Positions 11,160 through 22,300 are shown, counted from the whole stretch's first letter. The stretch: 63,990 nt of DNA, filler included, from Octopus bimaculoides (GCF_001194135.2; 5 parts of 5 records of this genome joined end to end with filler, not necessarily neighbours in it); one strand, 5' to 3'. Numbers and translations are program-made. The notes: generated by a model from the sequence alone, not told the origin.

Positions 11160-11545
11160 CCACCATCATCATCATCGTTTAGCGTCCGTTTTCTATGCTG
11201 GCATGGGTTGGACGGTTTGACTGAGGATTAGCAAGCCAGTAGGCTGCACCAATCTGATCTGGCAGTGTTTCTACAGCTTGATGCCCTTCCTGACGCCAAC
11301 CACTCTGAGAGTGTAGTGGGTGCTTTTTATGTACCACTGGCACAGGAGCCAGTCAGGTGAGCCTGGCATTGATCACGTTCGGATGGTGCTTCTTACATGC
11401 CACGAGCATGGGAGCCAGTCAGCGGGTACTGGCATTGGCCACGTTTGAATGGTGCTTTTTACGTGCCACCAGCACAAGAGCCATTCAGGGGGTACTGGCA
11501 TCAGCCACATTTGGATGGTGCTTTTTATGTGCCACCAGCACAGGA
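11160..11545 (-). mobile_element. RTE 3'-tail copy with three 66-bp tandem units
   Basis: TGCTT(T/C)TTA recurs at 11321, 11387, 11453 and 11519 (period 66). Confidence 0.85.
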
Positions 11546-11589
11546 ATATATTACTTGACAATTTTATGTAGAACCCAATATCTTGTAAT

Positions 11590-11790
11590 GGGAAGGTGCA
11601 AGCTGGCAGAATTGTTAGCACACTTAGCAAAGTGTTTAGTGGCATTTCATCTGTCTTTATGTTCTGAGTTCAAATTCCGCTGAGGTTAACTTTGCCTTTC
11701 ATCCTTTTGAGGTTGATGGATACTGGGGATGATGCAATCAACTTATTCCCTTTCCTGAAATTGCTGGCCTTGTGCCAAAATTTGAAATTA
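11590..11790 (+). mobile_element. tRNA-derived SINE with a Deu/Nin-like central domain
   Basis: GCTGGCAGAATTGTTAGCAC...TTCTGAGTTCAAATTCCGCTGAGGTTAACTTTGCCTTTCATCCTTT; the family is present at more than 15 sites in the window. The superfamily name is from recall. Confidence 0.65.
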
Positions 11791-12259
11791 ATAATGTTTC
11801 CAACACAGACACAGTCTTTGAAATTTGAAAGGTAGGTTGTTGATTAAATTGACTCTAGCACTTGATTGATTCTTTATTTTATTGACTCCACAAAGGCTAT
11901 AAATGACTTTGGCAGGATTTAAACGAAAGATTGCAAAGGACCATTACTAAACTACACATCACATTTTGTCAGGTGCTCTAATGATTCTGACAATTAATGA
12001 TAATTGGTGGGTAAAAGAGAAGTCAATTAAATGGGCCCCATTTTTTGACTAGTATTATTTTATCAACCCTGGAAGGACAAAGGGCAAAGTTGGTTTTCCT
12101 AATGCTCTCAGGAGTTCAAAGTTGGTCTTGAACTCAGAATAGTTTTAGGAAAAGCATCCAACTGTAGACACCGAGCCAAAGCTAGAGTCTAATGCAGTCC
12201 CACGGCTCACTGGATTGTCAAAGCATCCAACTCATGCCAGCATGGAAAACAGATATTAA

Positions 12260-12481
12260 CCCTTTCTGTTACCATATTTATTTTGAGATGCTCTGTGTTT
12301 CTTTCAATTACTTTAAATATAAGAAAGAATTTAGTAAAATAACTTAGTTATCATTCAGCTAGTGTTAAGAACATAAATTGTGACTAAGGTTTGGTGGAAG
12401 ATTTTAATTCAAAACTTATGAAAACAAGATATTTGTACTACAGAGCCAGAAGCTGCTTCAGGTGGGTTGGTAACAAAAGGG
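12260..12481. mobile_element. piggyBac-type MITE
   Basis: TTAA|CCCTTTCTGTTACCA ... TGGTAACAAAAGGG|TTAA; TTAA at 12256-12259 and 12482-12485. Confidence 0.8.
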
Positions 12482-12619
12482 TTAAATGATGATGATGAAT
12501 GTAGAGGAAGAAATACCAGACAATCCAAGTGGAAGAGGACCAAAAAAACGATGACTGAAAAGCAAGTAGAAGTAAAGTGGTGATGGTCAATGCAATGCTA
12601 AAGAAGATTCCCATCCAAC

Positions 12620-12886
12620 CATGGCTGTGGAGTTGAAACAAAAAACTTTGACTCTGATTCCTCTACTATTTGCCCCTCTGACTCTGACTCCTCTTTATGT
12701 AATTAAATGATTGTAGTCTACATATCTCATAAAGCACGTGCATACGCTTGTACTTTGACTCGGCCTTTATGTTACAACTGGTTTATATTAAAGAATAAAG
12801 ACGTTGTGAGTCGGAATCAGAGTCAGTATAGTTTTACCGACTCTGACTCCAGCTATCCCTTAATTGTTTCTGACTACACAGCCCTG
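12620..12886. mobile_element. Non-autonomous hAT element
   Basis: TIRs CATGGCTGTGGAGT / ACTACACAGCCCTG (12/14); perfect 8-bp TSD CATCCAAC at 12612-12619 and 12887-12894; internal GACTCTGACTCC motifs. Confidence 0.85.
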
Positions 12887-13439
12887 CATCCAACATATGC
12901 AAAGATGGAAAACTAGATGTAAAACGTTGTGAATATTTTATGGTCACCTCATCTCCAGCCATCTGTTTACTCTCTTCTACTATGAACTTGATCACCCTCA
13001 CTCATCTTCTGTCTGTATTCTCTCTTATGCTCCCTTTCTTATACCTTGACATTACGCTCTGGCACCTTGTCACCACCATCATTATCTTCCCTATAACAAA
13101 ACACCTCTATCATACTTCAGACTGGGACCTTCAACTGCTGGCATAAAGCCACTGACCTCTCAGATACACATCCATTCAGCTGACGAGTCTTTTTCTTTTC
13201 TTGTCTTTTAAGTTAGTCAGTGCCAAGAAAAAAAGCACCCAATGCACTCTGTAAGGTGGTTGGCAGACAAAAGACATCCAACTGCAGAAAATATGCCAAA
13301 GCTGATGTTGCAGCTTGATTCCATAATGCAGCTTGTCAAATCCTGTCAAACCATCTTATTCATGTCAGCATGAAAACTGGTATTAAATGAAGATGATAAC
13401 AAGAGAACCTATGGTGGAGTCAGTGTAAAACTATCAGCA

Positions 13440-13610
13440 TAATCATCATCATCATCATCATCATTGTTTAACGTCTGCCTTCCATGCTAGCATGGGTTGG
13501 GCGATTTGACTGAGGACTGGTGAACCAAATGGCACAATCTGATTTGGCAGAGTTTCTACAGCTGGATGCTCTTCCTAACGCCAACCTCTCCGAGAGTGTA
13601 GTGGGTACAC
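13440..13610 (-). mobile_element. RTE 3'-tail copy
   Basis: CATCATC...GTTTAACGTCTGCCTTCCATGCTAGCATGGGTTGG. Confidence 0.75.
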
Positions 13611-13654
13611 AGCAGGTTCTTTCATTTGCACCAGTTTTCATTCTTCTTCCAACT

Positions 13655-14200
13655 CTGCCTTAATAATTGTATCAGCCAAGAGCAGTGGAAAATTGCCAGC
13701 CTCATTCCTCTTTTCAAAAAGAATGATTGCACATCACCTGTCAACTATTGTCCAGTCAGTCTTACAAGCTGCATCACCAAACTGATGGAGTTCAGCGTTA
13801 CCAAAACTGTCTGAAACTTCTGGAACTCTCACAGCCTTATTCAACCCTCACAATTTGGATTTACCCTTAACTCCAGCTGCTGTGTCCAACTCATTCAGTT
13901 TCTTGAAGACTACCCGAATCACTGATGGCAGATCATGGATAGATGTTATCCATCTTGACTTTGCTAAAGCCCTCAATTCTGTGCCACACAAATGATTTAT
14001 GGCAAAACTGTCTGCAATGGGTGTGAAAGATGATCTTTATAACTGGTTGAAGTCTGTCGTTTTGGGGCAAAAAGAGGTAATCACAGTTCTAGGATGACAT
14101 TCTTCACCCTATGAGTGGACGTCTGGTGTATCACAGGGATTCCATATCCATTCTTGGATCCCTGTTGTTTGTTGCAAATATTAATGACATCCTTCAAAAC
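13655..14200 (+). mobile_element. CR1/Jockey-group LINE RT fragment
   Basis: WKIASLIPLFKK...NYCPVSLTSCITKLME, QFGF, DVIHLDFAKALNSVPH, SGVSQG; degraded. Confidence 0.8.
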
Positions 14201-14339
14201 TTCCATACTTCCTAAAATTCGCCAACAATACACTTGATATCCCCCACCTTTCTTTTTTCAAACGACTCGTTCAGGGTTCACTTCCCATGCATTATTCCAT
14301 GCACAGTACATGCACTTTTGCTTACTTTTTCTTATTTAT

Positions 14340-14552
14340 TTATTGCCCACAAGGGGCTAAACATAGAGGACAGACAAAGGAATTAAGTCGATTATATCGA
14401 CCCCAGTGCGTAACTGGTACTTTAATTTATCGACCCCGAAAGGATGAAAGGCAAAGTCAACCTCGGCGGAATTTGAACTCAGAACGTAGCGGCAGACGAA
14501 ATATCGCTAAGCACTTCGCCTGGCGTGCTAACGTTTCTGCCAGCTCTCTGCC
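14340..14552 (-). mobile_element. Deu/Nin-like tRNA SINE
   Basis: GTACTTTAATTTATCGACCCCGAAAGGATGAAAGGCAAAGTCAACCTCGGCGGAATTTGAACTCAGAACG. Confidence 0.7.
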
Positions 14553-15599
14553 TTTTGCTTACTTTTTCTGATAAGTTGCAGTGCGTCTCAGCACTGTGTA
14601 CAACAAGTTTATTATTATTCAAATAATTCACAAAAAATTAATAAGCCTCTATACTGCATTCAATATTCTACAAATAGTTGCTAAATCTCCTTCAAATCAC
14701 ACCCTGCTATCTTTAAAAAATGTGAAGGGCACATTGGATCATGTACTCCCATATGTGCAAGGCATTGAAAGAAAAGTTGTTTGTTCTGCTGGAGCTTTTC
14801 ATCATAGATCTCCTCAACTAGGGCTCACCTGGGTTACACATCTTCATAATTCACTTGATCCATTTACTATTAAATATGTCGTCTCCCACCCAATTACCAA
14901 AGGGTGGAAGGCTTTTACAATTTAAAACAACTTCTGTTTATAATTTTATTTATTAATAATACAGTATTATATATATTTATTTTTGTTGATTATCCCCACC
15001 TGAACGGTAAAAGGTATTTCAAGAGTACTGAAACAAGGGAGCTTACTCAACATCAATCAAGATTTTGATGTCACTAGAAGAGGTTTAGGACAAAAAGAGG
15101 CAGGTTTTTATTCTTTTATTTGTTTCACCGCCTTGTTTGTTGACGATAGATAAATAAAGAATAATAATGAACTTGTTGTTTACCAGTGCTCAGGTGTGTG
15201 ACAGAATCACTTTGAAAGTAAAGGATGTTTACAAAAGAATATGGAATGATTCAAAGTCAAAGGGAATATGAAGGACGAGCTGGATTCTGACAGAGATAGC
15301 AATCAGAAATTTAATTATTCAGAATGTCAACAGAATGAGATTGGATATTTGGAAAATAGGGTCGCTGGGAACCCAGGATATAGCAGAAGAACTGGAAAAA
15401 GAGTAGCTTTGAATTAGAACCATCTTTGAAAATAATAAGCAAGTGACCCAACAATGTACCAAGGGTTTTTCTGTTTTTGTTGAGACCCAGGTCAGCCCTA
15501 TCAATGATAGTTTACCTTTAGGGGGAATCTTCTGTATATCAAGGACAAGAATATATTGGATATTCTTTATGTAAATTTATGTAAAATAGTAGTGAGTGG

Positions 15600-15977
15600 T
15601 TTGAAGGAAATTTGGTTACTAGAGTAATAGTGAGAGAAATGTGTGGAGTGAAGTTGTTTGATAAGAGGAGGACAGAGGACTTGATGGGGATGCTGGGGTT
15701 GGAGGAAACGGTGGAACGGCTGGCAAGGGTGAATGGAGTGTGGTGGTATGGGCATGTTCTGAGGAGGGTGCTTGAGTTTGAGGTAAATGGACCAAGAAAG
15801 CGAGGTAGACCGAAGAAAACGTGGAGAGGACAGGTGGAGGAGGAGATTGGGAGGGTTGGCTTGAGAAGGGAGGACGCCCAACACTGGGCAAGATGGCGAA
15901 ATGGTGTGAGGGCAGTTGCTATGGCATTGAGGTAGATCCGGCCACCCCTGTTAAAACACTGGATGACGATGATGATG
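15600..15977 (+). mobile_element. RTE-clade LINE 3' end (a different family)
   Basis: MCGVKLFDKRRTEDLMGMLGL...WYGHVLRR..GPRKRGRPKKTW...WRNGV, then a GATGA-repeat tail. Confidence 0.8.
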
Positions 15978-16303
15978 AGTTCTAGTGGGATGAATGCTCA
16001 CACGTAGGCTTGTGTGTCCAGATATACTAAATGATATGACATTTTGTACAGTTAGATGACTGAGGTTATCGACATATTTTAGTAAATGCTGCCAGCAGCA
16101 AATGAAGAGGATATAAAGGAATTCTGAAAACTTAGAAATTTAAGGAGATAATGATGGTAATTATTATCTGTTGACAAGTTGCATTTAAATACTGTGAATG
16201 AACAGGATGCCATTTTCTCAAATGGAGAGGCGCAGTTTTAGTAACCTACCAGTGACATTATGCTGGTCACTCAAGACATTAAAAAAATATATATTTCTAC
16301 TTC

Positions 16304-16345
16304 ACTTACCTGACAAGAGAGCAGTTAAGGGGGGTTAGAGAGAAC
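16304..16345 (-). other. Strong 3' splice site directly followed by GTAAGT (recursive site or start of a short exon)
   Basis: The minus strand reads CTCGTTCTCTCTAACCCCCCTTAACTGCTCTCTTGTCAG|GTAAGT, with a branch-like CTAAC and no other AG for about 100 nt upstream. Confidence 0.5.
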
Positions 16346-16551
16346 GAGGGGGAGAAGACAATCCAATGATATAATGATAGCAGGTAAGTTCAGTGGGATT
16401 TGATGGTCTAAAAAGATGCAATTGGATGTTTTTAAAAGAGAATGATAATAATCTTCATGTAATTATGATTAAATTGTTTTTGCAATTCATTAAATCACTC
16501 AAAACACTTTTCATACAGTTTCTAATAAGTTATAAAATCATGATAACTTAC

Positions 16552-18282
16552 CTCAAAGGTGTTGCCATCACAAGAAGCAAAAAAACCTTCCCACAAGCTA
16601 CAATGTTGTTTGTCCTTTGGTAACAGCACAACTAGATTGCTAGGTGACACGTCCGTCTCATTAGTAGGACATACTGAGCAGCCCTGGTGGAATTCAATAT
16701 AGAGACGATAATACAATGGAAAACAGCCAGAGCCTTGAGAAGAGAACATTATGTCATAGAGGTGAGGTTCTGGGTGTTTTTGGACAATACTATTTGAAAG
16801 GACATTAGCAACATCAATGACAAAGGTGACTGCTTCTTGATCTTGGAAATAGCGAAAATTAGGAAGCTGGCACAGTGGCAAGAAAAACAAAGAATTTGAG
16901 TTGTCCTCATCTATACCCGTTTCAGGAATCATAGCAACATCATTTGGCTGTACGTTGGCATCATCATTTTCTTGGACAGAAATCTCTGAATCACATTGTT
17001 CAGAACCTTCATCTACTGAGTTGCCTCGATCTACATCAGCTTCATTGTCACTTGAAGTTGCATAACTGGGAATTGAACTAAAAGGTAGATTCTCCGGCTG
17101 AGCAGCAATCACAGGAAGTATCACATTTAATACACTTTTACACTTATCAAATTTGGCAGTGCCATTAGCTTCGTCAACTGGATATGGTAACTTCAGATCC
17201 AGTTCATATGATGCTGGGGTTGTACACTTCAACATAATGTGATTATCAACAATATCTAAATCAATGGTATTTGCAGATCTCAATAGAGGCAAGTCAATAG
17301 ATACAACAAGTTCTTTGGGTCTGGTACTAGACTTTGCATCAGAGACGTTTGAAAAGTCTTGGATATCTAGTGCAGAACGATGTAAAATACAATACTTGGG
17401 AACGACAGGGGAACTTGGAAGGGTTGAGGATTCTGTGGAGACGGTTGTTCTTTCAGTCTGGTCCTCCTGTAATGTTTCTTTGGATTCAGTTTCTGATTTT
17501 GAGGATTTTGTCTCTGACGTATCTTTCTTCTTAGCTTCAGCTAGTCTCTTGGACGAGCGTGTTTTACCTTTTTTTTCCACCCATTCCTTAGTTAATTCTT
17601 TGGTTGTCTTATTAGGGTCATATGGATAAGGCATACTGTTCAAAATGCTGTCAGAGTCGTCTGCGGTTTTGGTCGATCCACTTTCTCGCCGGGTTCGAAT
17701 CACAGTAGGAGTTCTAACTCCTTTGAAATTGTTTTTCACTTTGGGTGTACTTATCTTTTTATCCAGTGTGACACTAAAATGTTCCTCAATTGCTTCTATC
17801 GCTGTATCGTGTACTAGCTTTTTAAATTTAGAGTTAGACTGTGCCATTCGGTAAGTGTCTGGGTGAAACACGACATCATACACAAAGCATTTTTCACCTT
17901 TGAGATCGAAGTCTTCGCGAGGTCTAGCTAAAGAATGGGGGATTGCCCAGTTGATTCCAAAACGGTCAGGGCCATTCTCTTTAGTAAATGTTGGCTTCCC
18001 AATGTTTTCATTTTTGCAGATATTTATAAAAGCCTTTTTCTTGTTATTAATAAGTGATTTTATAACATGGCCTGGTTCAGGAGTAATGAATTTTATATCC
18101 ATACCTCTTTCATTTTCTAGTTGTGTAATCTCCTCTTCATACTTTTTGCGGTTTTCGGGATTTGATATTTCTTCGGCATACTCTGCGAGTAATTTTCTGA
18201 ATTCTTCCTTTTTCATCGCCTCCCCAAACCGTTTCATCTCTTCTGGAGTCATATCGAGCTTCTTGCGATCTTCCCCAGACAT
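16552..18282 (-). CDS. DNAAF2: Protein kintoun / dynein axonemal assembly factor 2, first coding exon (577 codons, ends in phase 0)
   Basis: The 586-aa ORF starts MSGEDRKKLDMTPEEMKRFGEAMKKEEFRKLLAEYAEEISNPENRKKYEEEI, the typical kintoun N-terminus. It contains PIH1 motifs (EPGHVIK, FINIC, DVVFHPD) and CS-like domains (PKELVVSIDLPLL...YELDLKLPYPVDEANGTAKFDK). A perfect donor GAG|GTAAGT at 16552/16551 means the last 9 ORF residues are probably intronic. Confidence 0.93.
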
Positions 18283-18406
18283 TATTTAATGAATACTGTG
18301 AAAATAATAACGGGGCTACAACATAACAAGGCAATCTTCAACAAAAATAGTCTGTTGTCTTCCCCTCAACGTGTCAGATTTTGTTTGTCTTCTAAGGTAC
18401 CATCAA

Positions 18407-18427
18407 ATCTACATAGCAACGGAAGTG
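18407..18427 (-). promoter_or_regulatory. RFX X-box half-site plus ETS-like motif upstream of DNAAF2
   Basis: ATCTACATAGCAAC (reverse complement GTTGCTATGTAGAT) overlapping CGGAAGTG, about 125-145 bp upstream of the ATG. RFX control of ciliary genes is established. Confidence 0.55.
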
Positions 18428-19252
18428 CGGCTCTGCTATTGTAGAACGCACTCACAGCAAATAATTGATGTCCATTGGTTAATATTTACCTCACCTCTAC
18501 CCGGTTTCGTTTACATTCAAACGTCAAATCCATTTCAAAAAGTTCAATTTAACCCTGAAATTATAAAGAAATAAATCATTTGTATATCGCTTCCATCGTT
18601 AGGAGTTGTTTTATTTAAAGTGTATTCGGTATTTTCTTAACGAATTTAAATAAAATAGTGTAGCTTTATTATAAGTTTAAAATAAACAAATCAAATATCC
18701 TTAAAAGTAACTAAAAATGTCAAAAAGGTCTCCACTAAAAACTTTCAATGAAAAAAGATTTTAAAAATCCCTATTATGCAAATTACTCTCATCAAAGACG
18801 ATAATTTGGAAACCCCTTACCGTATTCATTTATCAGATTTAGGTTTCGGTAAACCCACATCTAGTTGCTGGTTAGTTTTAATTTAAAAACATGAATACGC
18901 TTCTCGTAGTCAACTGGCAGATTCAGGAATATGACATTATATATATATATATATATATAATGTGTGTATATATATATAATATAATATAATATAATATAAT
19001 GTTAGAATATATTATACAGTTGTAAAGAGACGGCCTGGGTGAACGACACTCAGAAGTCAGATTCTATAGTATTCCTGCTGCTTAGTATTATTTTCCTTCC
19101 TTTAGTACAGTCTTTAAAATGAAAATAAATGGCATTATATATTCTGTTTCCTGGTTTAAAAAAAACACAAAGGTTTCACGCTGAATTAAAACAATTCATT
19201 ATATTTTTTTGTTGTTATATGTACACGACTCGTATAACAAAAAAAGTCGATG

Positions 19253-19302
19253 ACTTCCGGTTGTGAGGAACGAGACCGGGTGATGTCGGTTGCTATGTTT
19301 TT
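19253..19302 (+). promoter_or_regulatory. Second ETS plus X-box half-site cluster, probable divergent promoter
   Basis: ACTTCCGG at 19253-19260 and GTTGCTATG at 19289-19297, in a CpG-containing, repeat-free patch. Confidence 0.45.
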
Positions 19303-20081
19303 GTTTTCCTCAGTAGCACTTGCTTAGAGATATCGGGTTTCAAAGGCATTTTGGCGTCCTGTCAAGTAAACACGCCTCGACAGAAAATAGATTAGTAAGA
19401 AAAGAACAAGGATACATCGGTGGAAAATATAGATAATACTGATTTTTGTAATACATAAATTGTGTGCGTCGTGCATTTTCGCATTTACGATATATATATA
19501 TATAATATAATATATATATATCGTTAAAGTATATAAGAAAATGCACCACAGGCACACTCACACACACACACAAGCATACACACATGTGTGTTGTGTGCGT
19601 GTATGTATACACACACATACAGACAGACAGGCATACGCACATACATAAATCAAAACCATACAAATCTGCATGTATACATACATACATACATACATACACA
19701 CCCTGTCGATGTTGAAATTTCTGTGAAGGACCCTCGGATCTAGGTTAGAAACCAGCTCTCTATTGATAAGAGATCTTGAAATAAAACTGAGTAATGACAT
19801 TCATGCATACACACACACACACACATATATATATAGATTGGTTATAGAATTCATTAGAATGTAAGCTTATCAACAGGTAGGCCACCAGAAATAGCTAAGT
19901 ACAGGTTCGCAGTAAAGTAAAACAATCACGTGTTGGTAGGATACTGTAGATATGTCAGCACTAAATCCTATTTAAACCTTAAATCAGGCGCAGGGTTGGT
20001 TCTATGTGCAGCATAGGTATGAAAAAACAACATGAATAGGTGTTAAACCCCTCTTGTATTCTTTTATATATTTTTAAGTAC

Positions 20082-20250
20082 AGGCGTGGCTGTGTGGTAA
20101 GAAGCTTGCTTCCCAACCACATGGTTCCCGGTTCAATTCCATGGCATGGCACCTTGGGCAAGTGTCTTCTACTATAGCCTCAGGCTGACCAAAGCCGCAT
20201 TAGTAGATTTTGTAGACAGAAACTGAAAGAAGCCCAAATGTATATATTCA
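20082..20250 (+). mobile_element. tRNA-derived SINE (second family)
   Basis: GGCGTGGCTGTGTGGTAAG (A box) and GGTTCAATTCC (B box). Antisense copies at about 44620-44740, 48010-48170, 58820-58925, 61330-61480 and 63222-63380. Confidence 0.75.
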
Positions 20251-20830
20251 TCATCATCATTATCATCATTTAATGTCCATTGTCCATGCTGGCATGGGTT
20301 GGACAGTTTGACTGATTTGGCATGGTTTTCTACAGCTGGATGCTCTTCCTAATGCCAACGACTCCGAGAGTGTAACGGATGCTTTTATGTGCCACCAGCA
20401 CAGGTGCCATTTGCGTGACACTAGGGTGCATTTACATGCCACCGGTACAGGTGCCAATTTGTGTGACACCAGTATCTGCCAGAACAGCGATTTTGTTTGG
20501 CTTGATGGGTTTTCTTCTCAACCACGACATAATGCCAAAGGTCATGGTCGTTGCCTCTGTGATATATCATCATCATCATCATCATCATCGTTTAACGTCC
20601 GTTTTCCACACTGGCATGGGTTGGACGGTTCGACTGGGATCTGGGAAGCCAGGAGACTGCACCAGGCTTCAATCTGATCTGGCAATGTTTCTACAGCTGG
20701 ATGTCCTTCCTAACGCCAACCACTCCGAGAGTGTAGTGGGTGCTTTTTACTTTTTACGTGCCACCTACACAGAAGCCAGTCAAGGTGGCGCTGGGATTAG
20801 CCATGTTCGGATGGTGCTTTTTACGTGCCA
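20251..20830 (-). mobile_element. Two stacked RTE 3'-tail copies
   Basis: CAT-repeat tails at about 20250 and 20565, each followed by the tail core. Confidence 0.75.
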
Positions 20831-21014
20831 CCAAGTATCTCACCTTGATTTTTTTTGCACAAAATAATAATACTTGAGCAGAATCTGCATGGGTATTCCT
20901 GAGCATGTGCAAAAATTTCCATGTCTGTATGTTGCACCATTTGCCCACAGTGATGCATTGAGTACAGATGTGAAGAATGTGCTGTCTGATTTTCCTTTTT
21001 GAGTCAAGGTGACC

Positions 21015-21362
21015 CAAGTGCATTGAGCAAAGATACTGTACCAAATTCTGCCAAGAACTTGGTGATACGCAAGCCCAGACTATTTAGAAGATTCAGGAGG
21101 CCTTTGGAGATGATGCTATGGGAAAAACACAAATAAAGAAGTGGTACAACCAGTTCAAAGATGGCCATACCTCAGTGGACAGTGAGCCACATTGTGGCCA
21201 GACAATTAACAAAGAATTCTACCTGGAGGTTCTTTGTTGCCTTCATGAAGCTGTGTGGTGCAAACGACCCAACATGTGGGTAGCAAAGAACTGGCAGCTC
21301 CACCATGACAATGCATCCGCTTATTCCACTCATGTCATCCAAGCATTCCTCGTCAAGCAAAA
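21015..21362 (+). mobile_element. Internally deleted mariner transposase remnant
   Basis: IEQRYCTKFCQELG...AFGDDAMGKTQIKKWYNQFKDGHTSVDSEP fused to TINKEFYLEVL...WQLHHDNASA. Confidence 0.85.
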
Positions 21363-21625
21363 CACCTGTGCAGGTGGCACGACAAAAACATCACCTGAGT
21401 GTGGCTGTTGCCAGTACCGCCTGACTGGCCCACTTGCCGGTGGCACGTAAAAGCACCCACTACACTCTCTGAGTGGTTGGCGTTAGGAAGGGCATCCAGC
21501 TGTGGAAACATTGCCAGCTCAGATTGGAGCCTGGTGTAGCCATCTGGTTCACCAGTCCTCAGTCAAATCGTCCAACCCATGCTAGCATGGAAAGCGGACG
21601 TTAAACGATGATGAAGATGATGATT
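21363..21625 (+). mobile_element. RTE 3'-tail copy
   Basis: Near-consensus tail with CCATGCTAGCATGG and an ATG repeat. Confidence 0.8.
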
Positions 21626-21879
21626 ATATATGCACACACACACAAATATACATACATACATATGTATATATATATATAAATACACACACACACATACATA
21701 TAAATATATAGTGTATCTCAGTGCTTATCAATGTGCACCAATATGTTAATTCTTGGAGTTCCCTACACTTTGGAAAATAGTTTGGGACATGTAGAATTTT
21801 ACAATTGGATTACCATCTTGGATTACATAAGATCTTTATCATTGATTGTTCATCACAATTTTCAGCAACACTTTGTCTT

Positions 21880-22300
21880 GGCATTAAGCTACAAGCATGG
21901 TTTCCATAAATTCCTTAGGGTTATGTTTCTTTCTGCCAAGCAGTTCTAGCATCTTGGTAGTATTCATACTTGGTCTGGGTCAGGATTTCTTGGTGACCTT
22001 CCAATTAATGTCACACACTGTACCATTTTCTTTTAACTGCCAGATGTAGTTTGTAAGCTTTGTTATTTTCCAATTTTTGAAGTTTCTGAAAGAATAAGTA
22101 TAGTTGTAGAATTCTTTTATCAGTCCAATATATTGATTTAGGCTGGTGTCCTGGTTTGCACTTATAGATTTGATCTCTGCCTCATAAAATATGGTCTCAC
22201 TGTTATAAAGTCCATTCAGCAGGTATGCCTTAATGCTTCTGCATGAAAATTCAACCTCCACAGTAAGGGTGGGTTTGTTGTGATAATTTGTATTATGTTC
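21880..22300 (-). mobile_element. Penelope-like element, GIY-YIG endonuclease fragment
   Basis: TIFYEAEIK...QYIGLIKEF...TKLTNYIWQLKENG..INWKV, followed in a shifted frame by RC*NCLAE (C-x-x-C-x-x-E motif). Confidence 0.7.

Noticed and set aside
11321-11544. Regularly spaced palindromic repeats resembling a CRISPR array
   Set aside because: Whole 66-bp units repeat with no unique spacers, no cas genes are present, and the array is part of a LINE 3' UTR in eukaryotic DNA.
14922-14933. Acceptor followed by KLF, as expected at the start of kintoun exon 2
   Set aside because: A stop follows immediately (AAG TTG TTT TAA) and the pyrimidine tract is poor.
17264-18289. + strand ORFs of 121, 66, 69 and 129 aa
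   Set aside because: Antisense shadows of the DNAAF2 exon.
20082-20160. tRNA-like A and B boxes here and at other SINE heads
   Set aside because: No complete cloverleaf, and the heads continue into multicopy SINE bodies.
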